Assembly (NCBI GenBank): GCA_040387855.1
Contig: JAZKCY010000001.1
Coordinates: 846,922 to 910,921 of the forward strand
DNA length: 64,000 nucleotides
Reading direction: 5' to 3'
Origin: Patescibacteria group bacterium
Lineage (GTDB): Bacteria > Patescibacteriota > Minisyncoccia > Phycocordibacterales > JAKAEA01
The notes beneath the pieces are model-generated. The model saw only the letters and a program-made list of their open reading frames with translations, made no database searches and was not told where the DNA came from. The first letter of the stretch is position 1. Each line of letters starts with the position of its first letter. The position numbers and the translations under genes are program-made. Positions 1 to 9,880 of this stretch are shown here, piece after piece.

Positions 1-775
1 ATTTAATGCTGAAGCGCCGAGTGATGGACCAATGGTTTGGGTTCCTACATGCTCAATAGGAATTGGAAGTGCACCGTTTTTAAGATTATCTACCAAAGCT
101 TTTGCTTCAGCATTTGAAAATCCTCCAGTAATTTGTGCTTCACCATTAGCAATTTCACTTTGAATTACTGGCTGAGAAATAATTTGATCATCTAAAAAGA
201 TCGCGAGTACTCTTCCCAAGTTTTCTCGTGTGATCTTTGCAAAAAGCGTTGAACCTTCATCGTTAAAAACTAGTGATACTGTAGGTCCTCCAAATTGATC
301 GAAGGTAAGCTGTGCTGTTTCAAGATACTGACCTGTAAGCCCAGTATCAGTAAACAATTCACCAATAGTCTTTGTTGTTGTTCCTGCTGTTAAAGCGGCT
401 TCTCCCTCAGCGGTAAGAAGACGGAAATCTAGACGTGGAGTTTTGCCGATAATATTAATTGCCTCCTCTGTATTTGTTACACCTGGCAATTCAACAACAA
501 GCTTTGGCTCATTGTTAAATGCATTTGCACCTTCAAGCTGTACGAGCTGCTCACCCACACCGAAAGGATTAATTCTCTTTTCGATAAGTGTTCGAAGAGA
601 ATTAAGTCGATCATCAAGATCTTCTTTTGGTACGTCTGCAGTATTTGCCTTATAGACAAGCTCGGTACCTCCTGCCAAATCGAGACCAAGTTTGTATGAT
701 GACTTAGTGTATACAACCCACCCCAAAACGACCATAACAACCAATAATATAAGAGCCCAGATGCGGTATTTATTC
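1..775 (-). CDS. secD: Protein-export membrane protein SecD, N-terminal part (gene runs past the window start)
   Basis: My own translation from the ATG at revcomp 773-775 stays open to position 1: MNKYRIWALILLVVMVVLGWVVYTKSSYKLGLDLAGGTELVYKA.... It has an N-terminal TM helix and a periplasmic domain with a SecD-like GLDLxGG motif. It is absent from the ORF track because no stop codon falls inside the window. Confidence 0.55.
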
Positions 776-831
776 ATAAATTTCGTATATATGTAGAGGT
801 ATCCTAGCTCAAATAAGCGTAGAAATCAATG

Positions 832-1059
832 CTATCCTAAATCTTTAACAGCTTTTTCAAGTGTGTTCATTCCTTCTTCTAGATCACCTACAACTTCTTC
901 TTGAGCTTTAGATATATCAGCATCGAATGCATCAACATCTGCAGCAAGTGAATCCATATCACTTTGAGATTTTTGAGCAAAGGCTGCCATCTGAGCATCA
1001 AAATCTGCTAATTCTGGATCAATGTCATTTGTATCATCTTGAGTATGTTGTGTTGACAT
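832..1059 (-). CDS. Hypothetical small acidic protein (75 aa)
   Basis: ORF track entry. Very D/E-rich. Sits 9 nt downstream of the large coiled-coil gene in the same orientation. Confidence 0.4.
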   Translation of the reverse strand: MSTQHTQDDTNDIDPELADFDAQMAAFAQKSQSDMDSLAADVDAFDADISKAQEEVVGDLEEGMNTLEKAVKDLG

Positions 1060-1068
1060 AAATTATTA

Positions 1069-4000
1069 TTACTTAATAAAACTGTTTTGGAATTTTCTAA
1101 GTGAATCATTAACGAGACTCTGCTGGGGAGAATCAATAATCATTCTATTTATTGCAACATAGGTTTGATATATCCACGCAAAATCACTTGGTTTATCTAA
1201 TTTTAACTCTTCTATTGATTTAGCACTTGTGATTACCTTGAGGGCATCTTTAACTAATAAAGTTTCTGCTTGTTTTTTAAGATACTCCTCAGCAACTGCT
1301 AAGAAATTTTTCCCCGGTTTAAAATCAGGAATAACAAGTTTATTTGCCCTAATGAAATCATTCCATGCGTCACCATACTTTGCCAAATTTTCAGGTCGAA
1401 TCTTTAATGCTTCAGGAGCTGTATTACTCTCAGTAGTATCGAATCTATCATATCTACTTGGATCCACTTCTTCCATATCACCTTCTTCAACGGTTGAATC
1501 ACTATTATTGTTTAACCCTAGATCCTCAGCCAAATCATCATCTTCATCCTCTGCTGAATCTTCGGACTTATTTGAGTCAATATCATATTCACCACCGCGA
1601 TTTGGAAGTGTATCAACTTTTCTCTTTTGTCCAAAACGCTGGAAATATCTTTTATTATCCACGAATGTCTTAAGTTTTTCTCGAGGTCCTGTCATGTGAG
1701 CAAACAAGTCACCCAACTTTCGTCTTCGATCACTCAACAATTTACGAGCTTCAGCAATCTTTGCTTTCCAATGTTTAACCTCATGTTTTCTAAGACTTTT
1801 ATCTCGTAGCTTTTCTTCTATTTTACTGATTAATCCTGTAAATTTTTCAATATCTTTTTCAAGTTCATTTTCACGATCTTTGAGTGCACCATATTTCTTT
1901 TCATAAGGAGCTGCCTTTTCATCTATTCTTCGAGTTATATCACCAATTATCGCTTCGCGTTGCGCCTCAAATGCTTTCAATGTATCTTGTGCAGTTTCGT
2001 ATTTTGTTTCAAGCTTATCCAACTTAGTTTCGCACTCTCGCTTTTTTACTCGTAGATCACGCAAAGATTTTTGAATCTCATTTTGCTTCTTTTCAGAAAT
2101 CCCCTGAGCAGCCTGCTCTTCAAGATATGCAATTTTACTTAGAATTGAATCTCGTTGTTGTGTAAGTCGGGGTATTTCTTGTTTAAAGATTCTCAACTTT
2201 GAATAGTGCTCCTCTACTTTATCTTCTAATTTTTCTGCACGCTTTGGATCTCTGATTGCATTAATTCTTTCAGCTATAGCATCTCGAGTTTTTCCTATAA
2301 ACTCTCCAAACTTACCTTGAAAGAGACCTCTTCTATTTTTCTTTGAAGATGGCGTTGTTTCTATTTTACTATCTGGCTTAAATGGTGGTATTACTTCTGA
2401 ATCAGGTTTCAACTTTAACTCTTCATCGATAATTTCAGGAGTAAGCTTTCCTGATTCTTCTTTAGGGAGATCCTGGTCTTTAGTATCTTTTACTTCAGGA
2501 GTAGGTTCAGGCTTTTTGCTGTTCATTCCTAAAGCTTCATCAATAGCAGCGTCATCTAGTGGTGCTTCTGGTGGGGGCAGATTTTCTGCATCAGTGTTAA
2601 CTGGTACGGGCTCAGCCTCAGCTGCTGGTTCTGGTGGATTGATTTCGGTTATAAGTTTTGAGATTTCTTTATCTGCATCTTTCAAACCACTAATTGCAAA
2701 ATGTGTACTACTCGTTATACGCCCTACTGTTTTAACATCATCATTTATTAAATGATTAAGCCATCGGTGAGCACGGTCTAAAGTTGTAATAATATTTGTT
2801 ACAGTTTCAGACTGATGTGATCCCTCAAGAGTTTTAAATTGGTTAAGTGAATCAGTAAGACCTTGAAAGACATCGCTTATAATCTCCTCATTATATGCTT
2901 TAGACTCTTCAAGATTTTTCAAAACCTCAACATACAAATTAAAATGCTCTTGATATGACTCTAATGTTCCTGGATGATCTTTAATAAAATCGAGCGTAAG
3001 AGGAATCATTTCTGGAGCGTCAGGAATTTTTTCTGCATTATCTTTTACCTCAGCACTCGTTTCTGCTGCAGTTTCAGCTTTCTTTGCTGCGAGCTCCTTT
3101 CCAAAATTTTCAATATCACGATAAGCAGCATTGAGAGCTGTAAGTGCGGCGTGCAAACTCTTACCCTTTTCTCTAGGATCATGTTTATTTTCTTTAACTT
3201 CTTTGAGGGCAGTCAGAGCGTTTATTATATGTTCCGAACAATTAGTTACACTTTTAAAATCTGCAAACTTTGATTCATTATGTAAAACTACATCACTATA
3301 CATAAGCTGCTCCCGAATGAGATCAATATCTTCGTCTCGTAAATCTTGTTGTCCGGTTATAGCCTTATCGACAGCATCCCCATATGAATTGAACTGCGCT
3401 GAAAAGATAATTAGATCAGTAGGGTTTTGTTTTAGATCTTCTACGGATAAAGTAGTAAAATCAATTAAATCATCTTTATTATAATCAAATCTTCGTGCTG
3501 GTTGTTCAGTACTTTCAGCAGCTGCTTCTGCAACTACGGGTTCTACAACAGTATCTCCTTCAGCAACTGTTGATTCAGCAGGAATCTCAGCCGGAGCTTC
3601 AGCTAGTACTGGCTCTGCTTCGGGCTGTACTTCAGCTACAGTAGGCACTGAAACTTCTGTCATTAAAGCATCTAATTTAGTTCTCACTTTTGTTAAAGAT
3701 TCCTTGATTCCTTCCAGTTCCTGTTGATGATTATCACCTTTGGCAAATGTAAGTAAATTCAATTCCCCTCTTGCTTCAATAACGTGAGACCGAACTTCTG
3801 CCGCTGCGAGTGATTGCGATTCAAATCTTTGTAAGCACGAATTAATCTTGTCTAAAGCTTTCTCTATAAATACATCTTGAGAACTATCAATCGTTTTTGT
3901 AGTAGCCAAAATCTTATCAACCATTCTTTCGAGCTGATCTACACTATCAAAAAAAACATTCAATCGATAAGGATCTTCCTTAAGACTATCCAATGTAAGA

Positions 4001-4419
4001 GCATTTAATTCACTCAAATCAACAGGCGCTTCATTTAACCCTTCTGGAGATTCACCCTTTTTTAACGTAGCTTCTACGTTACCTGTAAAATCCGTAGCTA
4101 TCGCCTCTGCACGGTCATGAGCATCAGGCATAATAGCAGCCGCCTGTTCAGCTGTTCCACCTTTATCTATAAATCTATTCATACCTTGCTGAGCTAATTC
4201 ATCAACATCATCAACAGCAGCTTCTGCTGTTAGATCAACATGAGTTCTAAGTGCTTCTGGTGTAAAAGTTTGAGCTTCCGGCCCTGTTTCACTAGCATCC
4301 AGGGTAGATTCACCTTCACCTCCCTCGACTCTAGTAGGATCTCCTGCATTTAATTGACCTTCGAGATCGCCAGGAGCTGGTTTGAGAATTTTATCAGGGC
4401 CATCCATTGTTGAAGTCAT
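1069..4419 (-). CDS. Hypothetical large acidic coiled-coil protein (1116 aa)
   Basis: Long uninterrupted ORF. E/K/D-rich heptad-like stretches and PEAEP/AEAP low-complexity linkers. No catalytic motifs recognised. Confidence 0.6.
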   Translation of the reverse strand: MTSTMDGPDKILKPAPGDLEGQLNAGDPTRVEGGEGESTLDASETGPEAQTFTPEALRTHVDLTAEAAVDDVDELAQQGMNRFIDKGGTAEQAAAIMPDAHDRAEAIATDFTGNVEATLKKGESPEGLNEAPVDLSELNALTLDSLKEDPYRLNVFFDSVDQLERMVDKILATTKTIDSSQDVFIEKALDKINSCLQRFESQSLAAAEVRSHVIEARGELNLLTFAKGDNHQQELEGIKESLTKVRTKLDALMTEVSVPTVAEVQPEAEPVLAEAPAEIPAESTVAEGDTVVEPVVAEAAAESTEQPARRFDYNKDDLIDFTTLSVEDLKQNPTDLIIFSAQFNSYGDAVDKAITGQQDLRDEDIDLIREQLMYSDVVLHNESKFADFKSVTNCSEHIINALTALKEVKENKHDPREKGKSLHAALTALNAAYRDIENFGKELAAKKAETAAETSAEVKDNAEKIPDAPEMIPLTLDFIKDHPGTLESYQEHFNLYVEVLKNLEESKAYNEEIISDVFQGLTDSLNQFKTLEGSHQSETVTNIITTLDRAHRWLNHLINDDVKTVGRITSSTHFAISGLKDADKEISKLITEINPPEPAAEAEPVPVNTDAENLPPPEAPLDDAAIDEALGMNSKKPEPTPEVKDTKDQDLPKEESGKLTPEIIDEELKLKPDSEVIPPFKPDSKIETTPSSKKNRRGLFQGKFGEFIGKTRDAIAERINAIRDPKRAEKLEDKVEEHYSKLRIFKQEIPRLTQQRDSILSKIAYLEEQAAQGISEKKQNEIQKSLRDLRVKKRECETKLDKLETKYETAQDTLKAFEAQREAIIGDITRRIDEKAAPYEKKYGALKDRENELEKDIEKFTGLISKIEEKLRDKSLRKHEVKHWKAKIAEARKLLSDRRRKLGDLFAHMTGPREKLKTFVDNKRYFQRFGQKRKVDTLPNRGGEYDIDSNKSEDSAEDEDDDLAEDLGLNNNSDSTVEEGDMEEVDPSRYDRFDTTESNTAPEALKIRPENLAKYGDAWNDFIRANKLVIPDFKPGKNFLAVAEEYLKKQAETLLVKDALKVITSAKSIEELKLDKPSDFAWIYQTYVAINRMIIDSPQQSLVNDSLRKFQNSFIK

Positions 4420-4580
4420 ATTTGTGAGAGTTCTTTTCTTAATTGATCAACCTTACTTTGTTCTAACTTTGCCATCGCTTTTTTCAACTCTTCACGATAT
4501 TCGTTTTTAAGTCCTTCAATTTTCTCCAGAAATTCTCTTTCTAGTTCTTTAATTTCTTCTACTTGAGACTCAGTTAACAT
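4416..4580 (-). CDS. Hypothetical small coiled-coil protein (~54 aa), translationally coupled to the 1116-aa gene
   Basis: My own translation: MLTESQVEEIKELEREFLEKIEGLKNEYREELKKAMAKLEQSKVDQLRKELSQI. Its TGA stop overlaps the ATG of the downstream gene (ATGA). It is below the ORF-track size cutoff. Confidence 0.3.
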   Translation of the reverse strand: MLTESQVEEIKELEREFLEKIEGLKNEYREELKKAMAKLEQSKVDQLRKELSQI

Positions 4581-4587
4581 GAATCAA

Positions 4588-5493
4588 TTATACAATGTTT
4601 TCTATACTCTTCAATTCAGCTATCCCCTGTTCTAAAGATATTTGCGGCTCCCAGTTAAGTAATTTTTTTGCTTTTGTTGCATCTGCACGACTATTTTGTG
4701 CTTCAAGACGAGCTGGTACATAAACAATGTCACCACCAATTAATTGAGCAAACATATTTATAGTATGATTTTTACCTGTTCCAATATTTATAACTTCTCC
4801 TTTTCCAATATTATTATTTTCCATTGCTAGGATATTTGCCCGGACAACATCATAAACATGCGTAAAATCTCTTGTTTGTTCACCACTACCAGTAATAGTG
4901 AGTGGTTTACCTTCTTTTTTTAGCTTAATAAAATGAGCAATTACTGATGGATATGCTCCACCAGCGCTTTGTCGAGGTCCATACACATTAAAATATCTAA
5001 ATGAAACTGTCGGCAATTGATATACCATGCTCCACACTTTGCAATATTCTTCACCAATATATTTGTGAAGTCCATAAGGACTCTTTGGCTGAGGAATCAT
5101 AGATTCTTCCCATGGTAAAACGGCTTGATCACCATATGCCGCAGATGACCCTGAATATATAACTTTTTTTACTTTTGCTTCATGTGAAGCAATAAGCACA
5201 TTGAGCATGCCTGTAACATTTATGTCATGCGTGCGATCTGGATGTTCGAGTGATTCTTGAATACTTGGCACTGCAGCTAAATGAAATACATAGTCTGCAC
5301 CTGAAATGACAGCAGTTACTCCTGTTTTATCTATGATACTAAGATGATGAAATGTAGCATCAGGGTGAATATTTTCTTTTTTACCTCCTGATAAATCATC
5401 AATGATATGAACATTAAAACCCTTTTCTACAAGGGCATGCACGAGGTGTGAACCAATAAATCCTGCTCCTCCAGTAACGACAACTTTATTCAT
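4588..5493 (-). CDS. NAD-dependent epimerase/dehydratase (UDP-sugar 4-epimerase family)
   Basis: N-terminal Rossmann GxxGxxG (VVVTGGAGFIGSHLV), a YxxxK context and the length typical of SDR-type nucleotide-sugar epimerases. Confidence 0.85.
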   Translation of the reverse strand: MNKVVVTGGAGFIGSHLVHALVEKGFNVHIIDDLSGGKKENIHPDATFHHLSIIDKTGVTAVISGADYVFHLAAVPSIQESLEHPDRTHDINVTGMLNVLIASHEAKVKKVIYSGSSAAYGDQAVLPWEESMIPQPKSPYGLHKYIGEEYCKVWSMVYQLPTVSFRYFNVYGPRQSAGGAYPSVIAHFIKLKKEGKPLTITGSGEQTRDFTHVYDVVRANILAMENNNIGKGEVINIGTGKNHTINMFAQLIGGDIVYVPARLEAQNSRADATKAKKLLNWEPQISLEQGIAELKSIENIV

Positions 5494-5538
5494 AATATAT
5501 CTATGATAACCCAGTTTTATCTTATTTTGTTACAAGAC

Positions 5539-6894
5539 TTATTTACCAGCGATAGATAATAATTTCTTTACAGTTTTAAGTGCAATAGTTATATCCAGTA
5601 AGAATGATCTGTTTTTAAGATAATACAAGTCATATGAAAGCTTCTCCTTGGTTTCAATTACTCCCACACCATGGTGAGCATGATTGTCGTGATAGATTTG
5701 TGCCCATCCTGAAAGTCCCGGTTTAATTGTATGGCGAATCCCATAAAAAGGAATTTGTTTTTGATACTCAGCAACGAGTACTGGTAATTCTGGGCGTGGA
5801 CCAATAAGTGATATATCACCTTGTATTACATTAATAAGCTGAGGAAGCTCATCAAGTCTTGTTTTTCTAAGGAAAGTTCCAATTTTTGTAACTTTATTAT
5901 AGGCCCTACCCTGCTCATCATATTTTCCTGCACCAGCAGTGGTCATGGTTCGGAATTTTATAATCCACATTGATTCTCCATCTTTACCTATTCGTTCTGT
6001 GAAAAAGAAAAGCGGGCCCTTATCTTCTATCTTTATAGCAATATATATAAACGGATACACGATAAAAGAGATAAGTCCTAACGGTAAAGCAATTGCAATA
6101 TCCATAATTCGCTTAAGAGTATCGTACGCTCGTGTTGGTATAAAAGAAATATTTTCTAAGAACCAATCTTGAGTGATAAGTGATAACGGAATACGATCAA
6201 AAACAGTTTCATACATTTTATGCATATCTACAAACATAATCTGCGAGAATATACGGTCATACAAGACTGGAATTAATGGATCAATCTTTGGATGCTTAAA
6301 ATCAACAACAAGAAGAGATACCTTTCCAGCAGCTATCTCTTTTGAAATAAGTTCAGCTGCTTCATTGGCATGAATATGATCAAGATCTATTTGATGAGTA
6401 AAATGGATACTATATCGTTCATGTTTATTTACTTCGTCATACAGCTCTTTCATTTCTTTGCCTCGGGCAATAAGCACAGCTTGCTGCTTTTTTGCGCCAC
6501 CAAATAATGAATACCCCCAAATTCTCCATATATATATGAGTAGCAATGAGACACTTAAATAAATAAACAGATTTGTTTTTGGAGTAATTTCATAAAATGG
6601 AATAAAATAGAAAAACAATACAGCAATGATACTGTTTGTAATATGAGCCTTTAAAATATTGCTCGACAAACCATTACGTAAAATAATTGCTCTCTTTTCA
6701 TACAGTCCTCCAATAAAAAATACAAGTAGCCACACTATGAAAAGAATAGAAAACGGCACTAAGTGACTATATAAAATACTGTCATCAGGAATCTTTTGAT
6801 ATCTAATGAGCAACGTTACCCACAACGATGCATAGAATATTAGTATATCTGTAAAAAACAAGAGAAATGGAACCCGTTTATTGAGTGCGTTCAT
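5539..6894 (-). CDS. Polyprenyl-phosphate sugar phosphotransferase (WbaP/bacterial sugar transferase family)
   Basis: N-terminal multi-TM region. The C-terminal catalytic domain carries the conserved ...DELPQLINVIQGDISLIGPRPELP... motif of initiating sugar transferases. Confidence 0.85.
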   Translation of the reverse strand: MNALNKRVPFLLFFTDILIFYASLWVTLLIRYQKIPDDSILYSHLVPFSILFIVWLLVFFIGGLYEKRAIILRNGLSSNILKAHITNSIIAVLFFYFIPFYEITPKTNLFIYLSVSLLLIYIWRIWGYSLFGGAKKQQAVLIARGKEMKELYDEVNKHERYSIHFTHQIDLDHIHANEAAELISKEIAAGKVSLLVVDFKHPKIDPLIPVLYDRIFSQIMFVDMHKMYETVFDRIPLSLITQDWFLENISFIPTRAYDTLKRIMDIAIALPLGLISFIVYPFIYIAIKIEDKGPLFFFTERIGKDGESMWIIKFRTMTTAGAGKYDEQGRAYNKVTKIGTFLRKTRLDELPQLINVIQGDISLIGPRPELPVLVAEYQKQIPFYGIRHTIKPGLSGWAQIYHDNHAHHGVGVIETKEKLSYDLYYLKNRSFLLDITIALKTVKKLLSIAGK

Positions 6895-7022
6895 GAATGT
6901 TTTGTGGCTTCACTATAGCAAAAAGCCATAAAATTGCTAGCTGTTGAGGTGAGTTGTACACATGAGTGGTACTTTTTTATTACTAAATCTGATAGAATAA
7001 AATTCTAGTATCCTTTTGTCGT

Positions 7023-7307
7023 ATGGCTGTAGAATTTGAAGAAGATCAATTTAATACAATAGACCCAACAATGGCACGAATACATGCATCTCAAAAACAG
7101 CACTCAAGTCTCACATTGGTGCTCGTAAAAAAAGGGGTGTTTAAAAGTGAGCAGCAAGCTCATAAAGTTTTTTTGATTGTAGCACTTGTTTCTCTCCTCG
7201 CGTCAGTATTTATTATTGGGTACTTTGTATTTAATATTGGCAGACCACAAGAAACAAAATTGCAGTTGCCTCCTGAAATATTGCAAAAATTACAAGGTAC
7301 AAACTAA
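7023..7307 (+). CDS. Small single-TM protein, partner of a pilin cassette (paralog of 8182..8457)
   Basis: 94 aa with about 50 cytoplasmic residues, one TM helix, then a short tail. Shares LVKKG...EQA.K...TM...PEILQK.LQ with the 8182..8457 ORF. It stops 12 nt before the pilin gene start. Confidence 0.55.
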   Translation: MAVEFEEDQFNTIDPTMARIHASQKQHSSLTLVLVKKGVFKSEQQAHKVFLIVALVSLLASVFIIGYFVFNIGRPQETKLQLPPEILQKLQGTN

Positions 7308-7319
7308 TGACATTTTCAT

Positions 7320-8138
7320 ATGAAGTTCTTCCCATCGCATAAAAAATCCGGTTTTACGCTTATTGAGTTATTAGTGGTAGTTGCCATTATTGGTGTACTT
7401 TCGTCTATTGTACTCGTAAGCCTTAATACAGCACGAGTAAAGGCAAAAAATGCAGCGGCACTTGTTATTGTTCACCAAATACAAATCGCTATGGCACTTT
7501 ACTATGATGATTATGGCGAATATCCAGACAATGGCGATGGGTTTTATTGTATTGGTAGCGATCGCTGCTATATCAATGGACAAATCTATACTCAGGTTCT
7601 TACGTTAGATACTCTCAATAAAATCCCCCCAATACTTACATCTGAAACCAACTCATTCTGGTTTTCACCTGCTACAGCACATGCTGCAGGCGAATTCTCA
7701 AAATTCGTAGTGCCTATTGATAACGAGCAGAATGCCGGGGTAATTTACTATGAAGGTAGTAGTGATGAATCATATGTATTATTTCCAGAAGTTGAAGGAA
7801 ACACTACAACATGGTTCGCTCAAAATCCTGGCAATACTAGTACTACAGTATATACAACATCTTCTAACGAAAATGGAAGTGGAAGCGGTAGTGTATCAGA
7901 ATCTCCAAGCGAATCTGAATCACCTAGTGAATCTGAAAGTCCAAGTGATTCTGGCTCAACTAATAATAATTTATATTATTTCTGCGAATATCAAGGAGGA
8001 GCTACAGGTGATGGATATGGTTGGAGTGATGGAAATGATTGTACATACTATTACTGTTCTTACCAAGGGTATCCAAGTAACGGATACGGTTGGAGTAATG
8101 GATCAAATTGTGGTAATGGTTCAGGATCAGGTTCATAA
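7320..8138 (+). CDS. Type IV pilin-like protein (class III signal peptide) with a Ser/Glu-rich repeat and Cys-rich C-terminal region
   Basis: Prepilin motif KKSG|FTLIELLVVVAIIGVLSSIV, with G at -1, F at +1 and E at +5. The C-terminus has SESPSESESPSESESPSDSGS repeats and YxxC Cys-rich segments. Confidence 0.75.
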   Translation: MKFFPSHKKSGFTLIELLVVVAIIGVLSSIVLVSLNTARVKAKNAAALVIVHQIQIAMALYYDDYGEYPDNGDGFYCIGSDRCYINGQIYTQVLTLDTLNKIPPILTSETNSFWFSPATAHAAGEFSKFVVPIDNEQNAGVIYYEGSSDESYVLFPEVEGNTTTWFAQNPGNTSTTVYTTSSNENGSGSGSVSESPSESESPSESESPSDSGSTNNNLYYFCEYQGGATGDGYGWSDGNDCTYYYCSYQGYPSNGYGWSNGSNCGNGSGSGS

Positions 8139-8181
8139 ACCTATTTCAGTTAAGCGTACTCTAGTATATAATTAGCTTACT

Positions 8182-8457
8182 ATGGCAGAGATAGAATTTA
8201 ATGAAGAAAATAGATTAGATGTCGATCTCACTGCCCGTGCGGTTCCCCTTAGAGAAGAGCAGGGACTCATTTTTCTTGTAAAGAAAATGCATCTTGCCAA
8301 AAATAATGAGCAAGCTGAAAAAATACTTATAGTAATTGCAATTGCTTGTTTTGTTATGGCATTCGGAGTTGTGTTACTTCTCGTTGTTCGTCCAAAAAAT
8401 CAGGCTACCTATAAAGTCTCTCCTGAGATACTTAAAGATATTCAGAATAAACCATAA
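8182..8457 (+). CDS. Small single-TM protein, partner of a pilin cassette (paralog of 7023..7307)
   Basis: 91 aa with the same architecture and conserved motifs as 7023..7307. It stops 2 nt before the next pilin gene. Confidence 0.55.
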   Translation: MAEIEFNEENRLDVDLTARAVPLREEQGLIFLVKKMHLAKNNEQAEKILIVIAIACFVMAFGVVLLLVVRPKNQATYKVSPEILKDIQNKP

Positions 8458-8459
8458 CT

Positions 8460-9878
8460 ATGTTTAAAAAATTCTCACGAGGCTTTACATTGGTAGAACT
8501 TATAGTTGTTTTATCGGTGATTACATTGCTTGTATCTATTGTTCTTACATCCATTCAATCAGCTAAAGCAAGTGCACAAGATCGACAAGCTCGAAGTGAT
8601 GTTGCTGAGATTCAGCTTGGTCTTGAACTCTATTACAATCAAAATGGTCACTATCCCAAGCCTATAAGTAGAACTCCAGAACGATACTATTGTATTGGTA
8701 TTGCTCAAACTGATACCTGTATATTTGCTGACGAAATAAAATATGGTGATCCAACCCTCTATGCAATAAAGCCAAAAACAAATCCTGCAGGAGTAGAAAC
8801 TCTTATGGCACAAGCTTTGGGAGCGTTTAAACTTATTCCAACAATTGATCTAAATATAAGACCGGTTCGCACAGTTGGAGGTCAAAATTTTTGGGGATAT
8901 ATTTATGATACAGAAACAGAGGAAGTTATTTGGGCTGAGACGGATACTCTCATAAGTAGCCCTGCGGGAGAAACTATTCAAGATCCAAATGCTGGTGGCA
9001 CCGTACCTGAAGGATCTCAATTTGAAGTAAGTTGTGGTCAGTACAATGCCCTCTTCAATTTTATGTGGTTTGCTATCGGAGGTTGTGGATATCCTTGGTT
9101 TGCAACTCCATATGATCCAAGCGGATCAACATCTGGATCAGCTTCAACGTATGATTATAGTATTGGCTGGGAACGTGGATTTGGACCCTGTGCTGAAACC
9201 AATTACACCGTATCAAATTCATGTGTAACAGGATTCTTATGTAACTTTGATGGCGTTGGTGATAATCCATTATGTGATGTATCAGTAACACCTAGTGACT
9301 CTGATTCTCCGAGTGATTCAGGTAGTCCAAGCGAATCTGACTCTCCAAGTGATTCAGGTTCACCAAGTGACTCTGGTAGTCCTAGTGATTCTGGCTCACC
9401 AAGCGACTCAGGTAGCCCTAGTGATTCAGGTTCACCAAGCGACTCTGGTAGTCCTAGTGATTCAGGTTCACCAAGTGACTCTGGTAGTCCTAGTGATTCT
9501 GGTAGTGGCGGTGGTGGAGGTGGTTTTGTGTACTGTAGTGATTTATCTACAGCACCAACACTAGAAGATTGCCCAACTGAAGAACCATCTGGTTCATGCG
9601 GATATATTACCTACAACCCTTACTATGATACATATGATCCATCATCTCGATGCTATGATACATACGTGTACGCATGTGAAACCGGTCGTTATAGCTCTAT
9701 GGATATGTGCTACAACGAAAATCCAGCTTCATCATCTTCAGAATCTGAAAGCTACTCAGAGTCATATTCTGAAAGTTATTCTGATTCTGGCTCACCTAGT
9801 GAATCAGAGAGTCCAAGCGAATCAGAGTCACAAAGTGATTCTGGATCTGATTCTGGCGGAGGTTGGTGGTGGTGGTAA
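8460..9878 (+). CDS. Type IV pilin-like protein with a long (SDSGSP)n acidic Ser-rich repeat, Cys-rich segments and a C-terminal GGGWWWW
   Basis: Prepilin motif SRG|FTLVELIVVLSVITLLVSIV. There are about 12 SDSGSP repeats, a GGGGGG linker, a Cys-rich region, SESYSESYSESYS repeats and a terminal ...GGGWWWW. Confidence 0.75.
   Translation: MFKKFSRGFTLVELIVVLSVITLLVSIVLTSIQSAKASAQDRQARSDVAEIQLGLELYYNQNGHYPKPISRTPERYYCIGIAQTDTCIFADEIKYGDPTLYAIKPKTNPAGVETLMAQALGAFKLIPTIDLNIRPVRTVGGQNFWGYIYDTETEEVIWAETDTLISSPAGETIQDPNAGGTVPEGSQFEVSCGQYNALFNFMWFAIGGCGYPWFATPYDPSGSTSGSASTYDYSIGWERGFGPCAETNYTVSNSCVTGFLCNFDGVGDNPLCDVSVTPSDSDSPSDSGSPSESDSPSDSGSPSDSGSPSDSGSPSDSGSPSDSGSPSDSGSPSDSGSPSDSGSPSDSGSGGGGGGFVYCSDLSTAPTLEDCPTEEPSGSCGYITYNPYYDTYDPSSRCYDTYVYACETGRYSSMDMCYNENPASSSSESESYSESYSESYSDSGSPSESESPSESESQSDSGSDSGGGWWWW
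9296..9510 (+). repeat. Tandem 18-bp (36-bp superperiod) coding repeat encoding (SDSGSP)n
   Basis: Visible in the sequence: agtgactctggtagtcct agtgattcaggttcacca iterated about 6 times, with synonymous wobble changes. Confidence 0.8.
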
Positions 9879-9880
9879 TA

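Noticed and set aside
9296-9510. Regular 18/36-bp tandem repeat considered as a possible CRISPR array
   Set aside because: The units are contiguous with no unique spacers. They lie in-frame inside a pilin-like ORF and encode (SDSGSP)n. It is a coding tandem repeat, not a CRISPR array.
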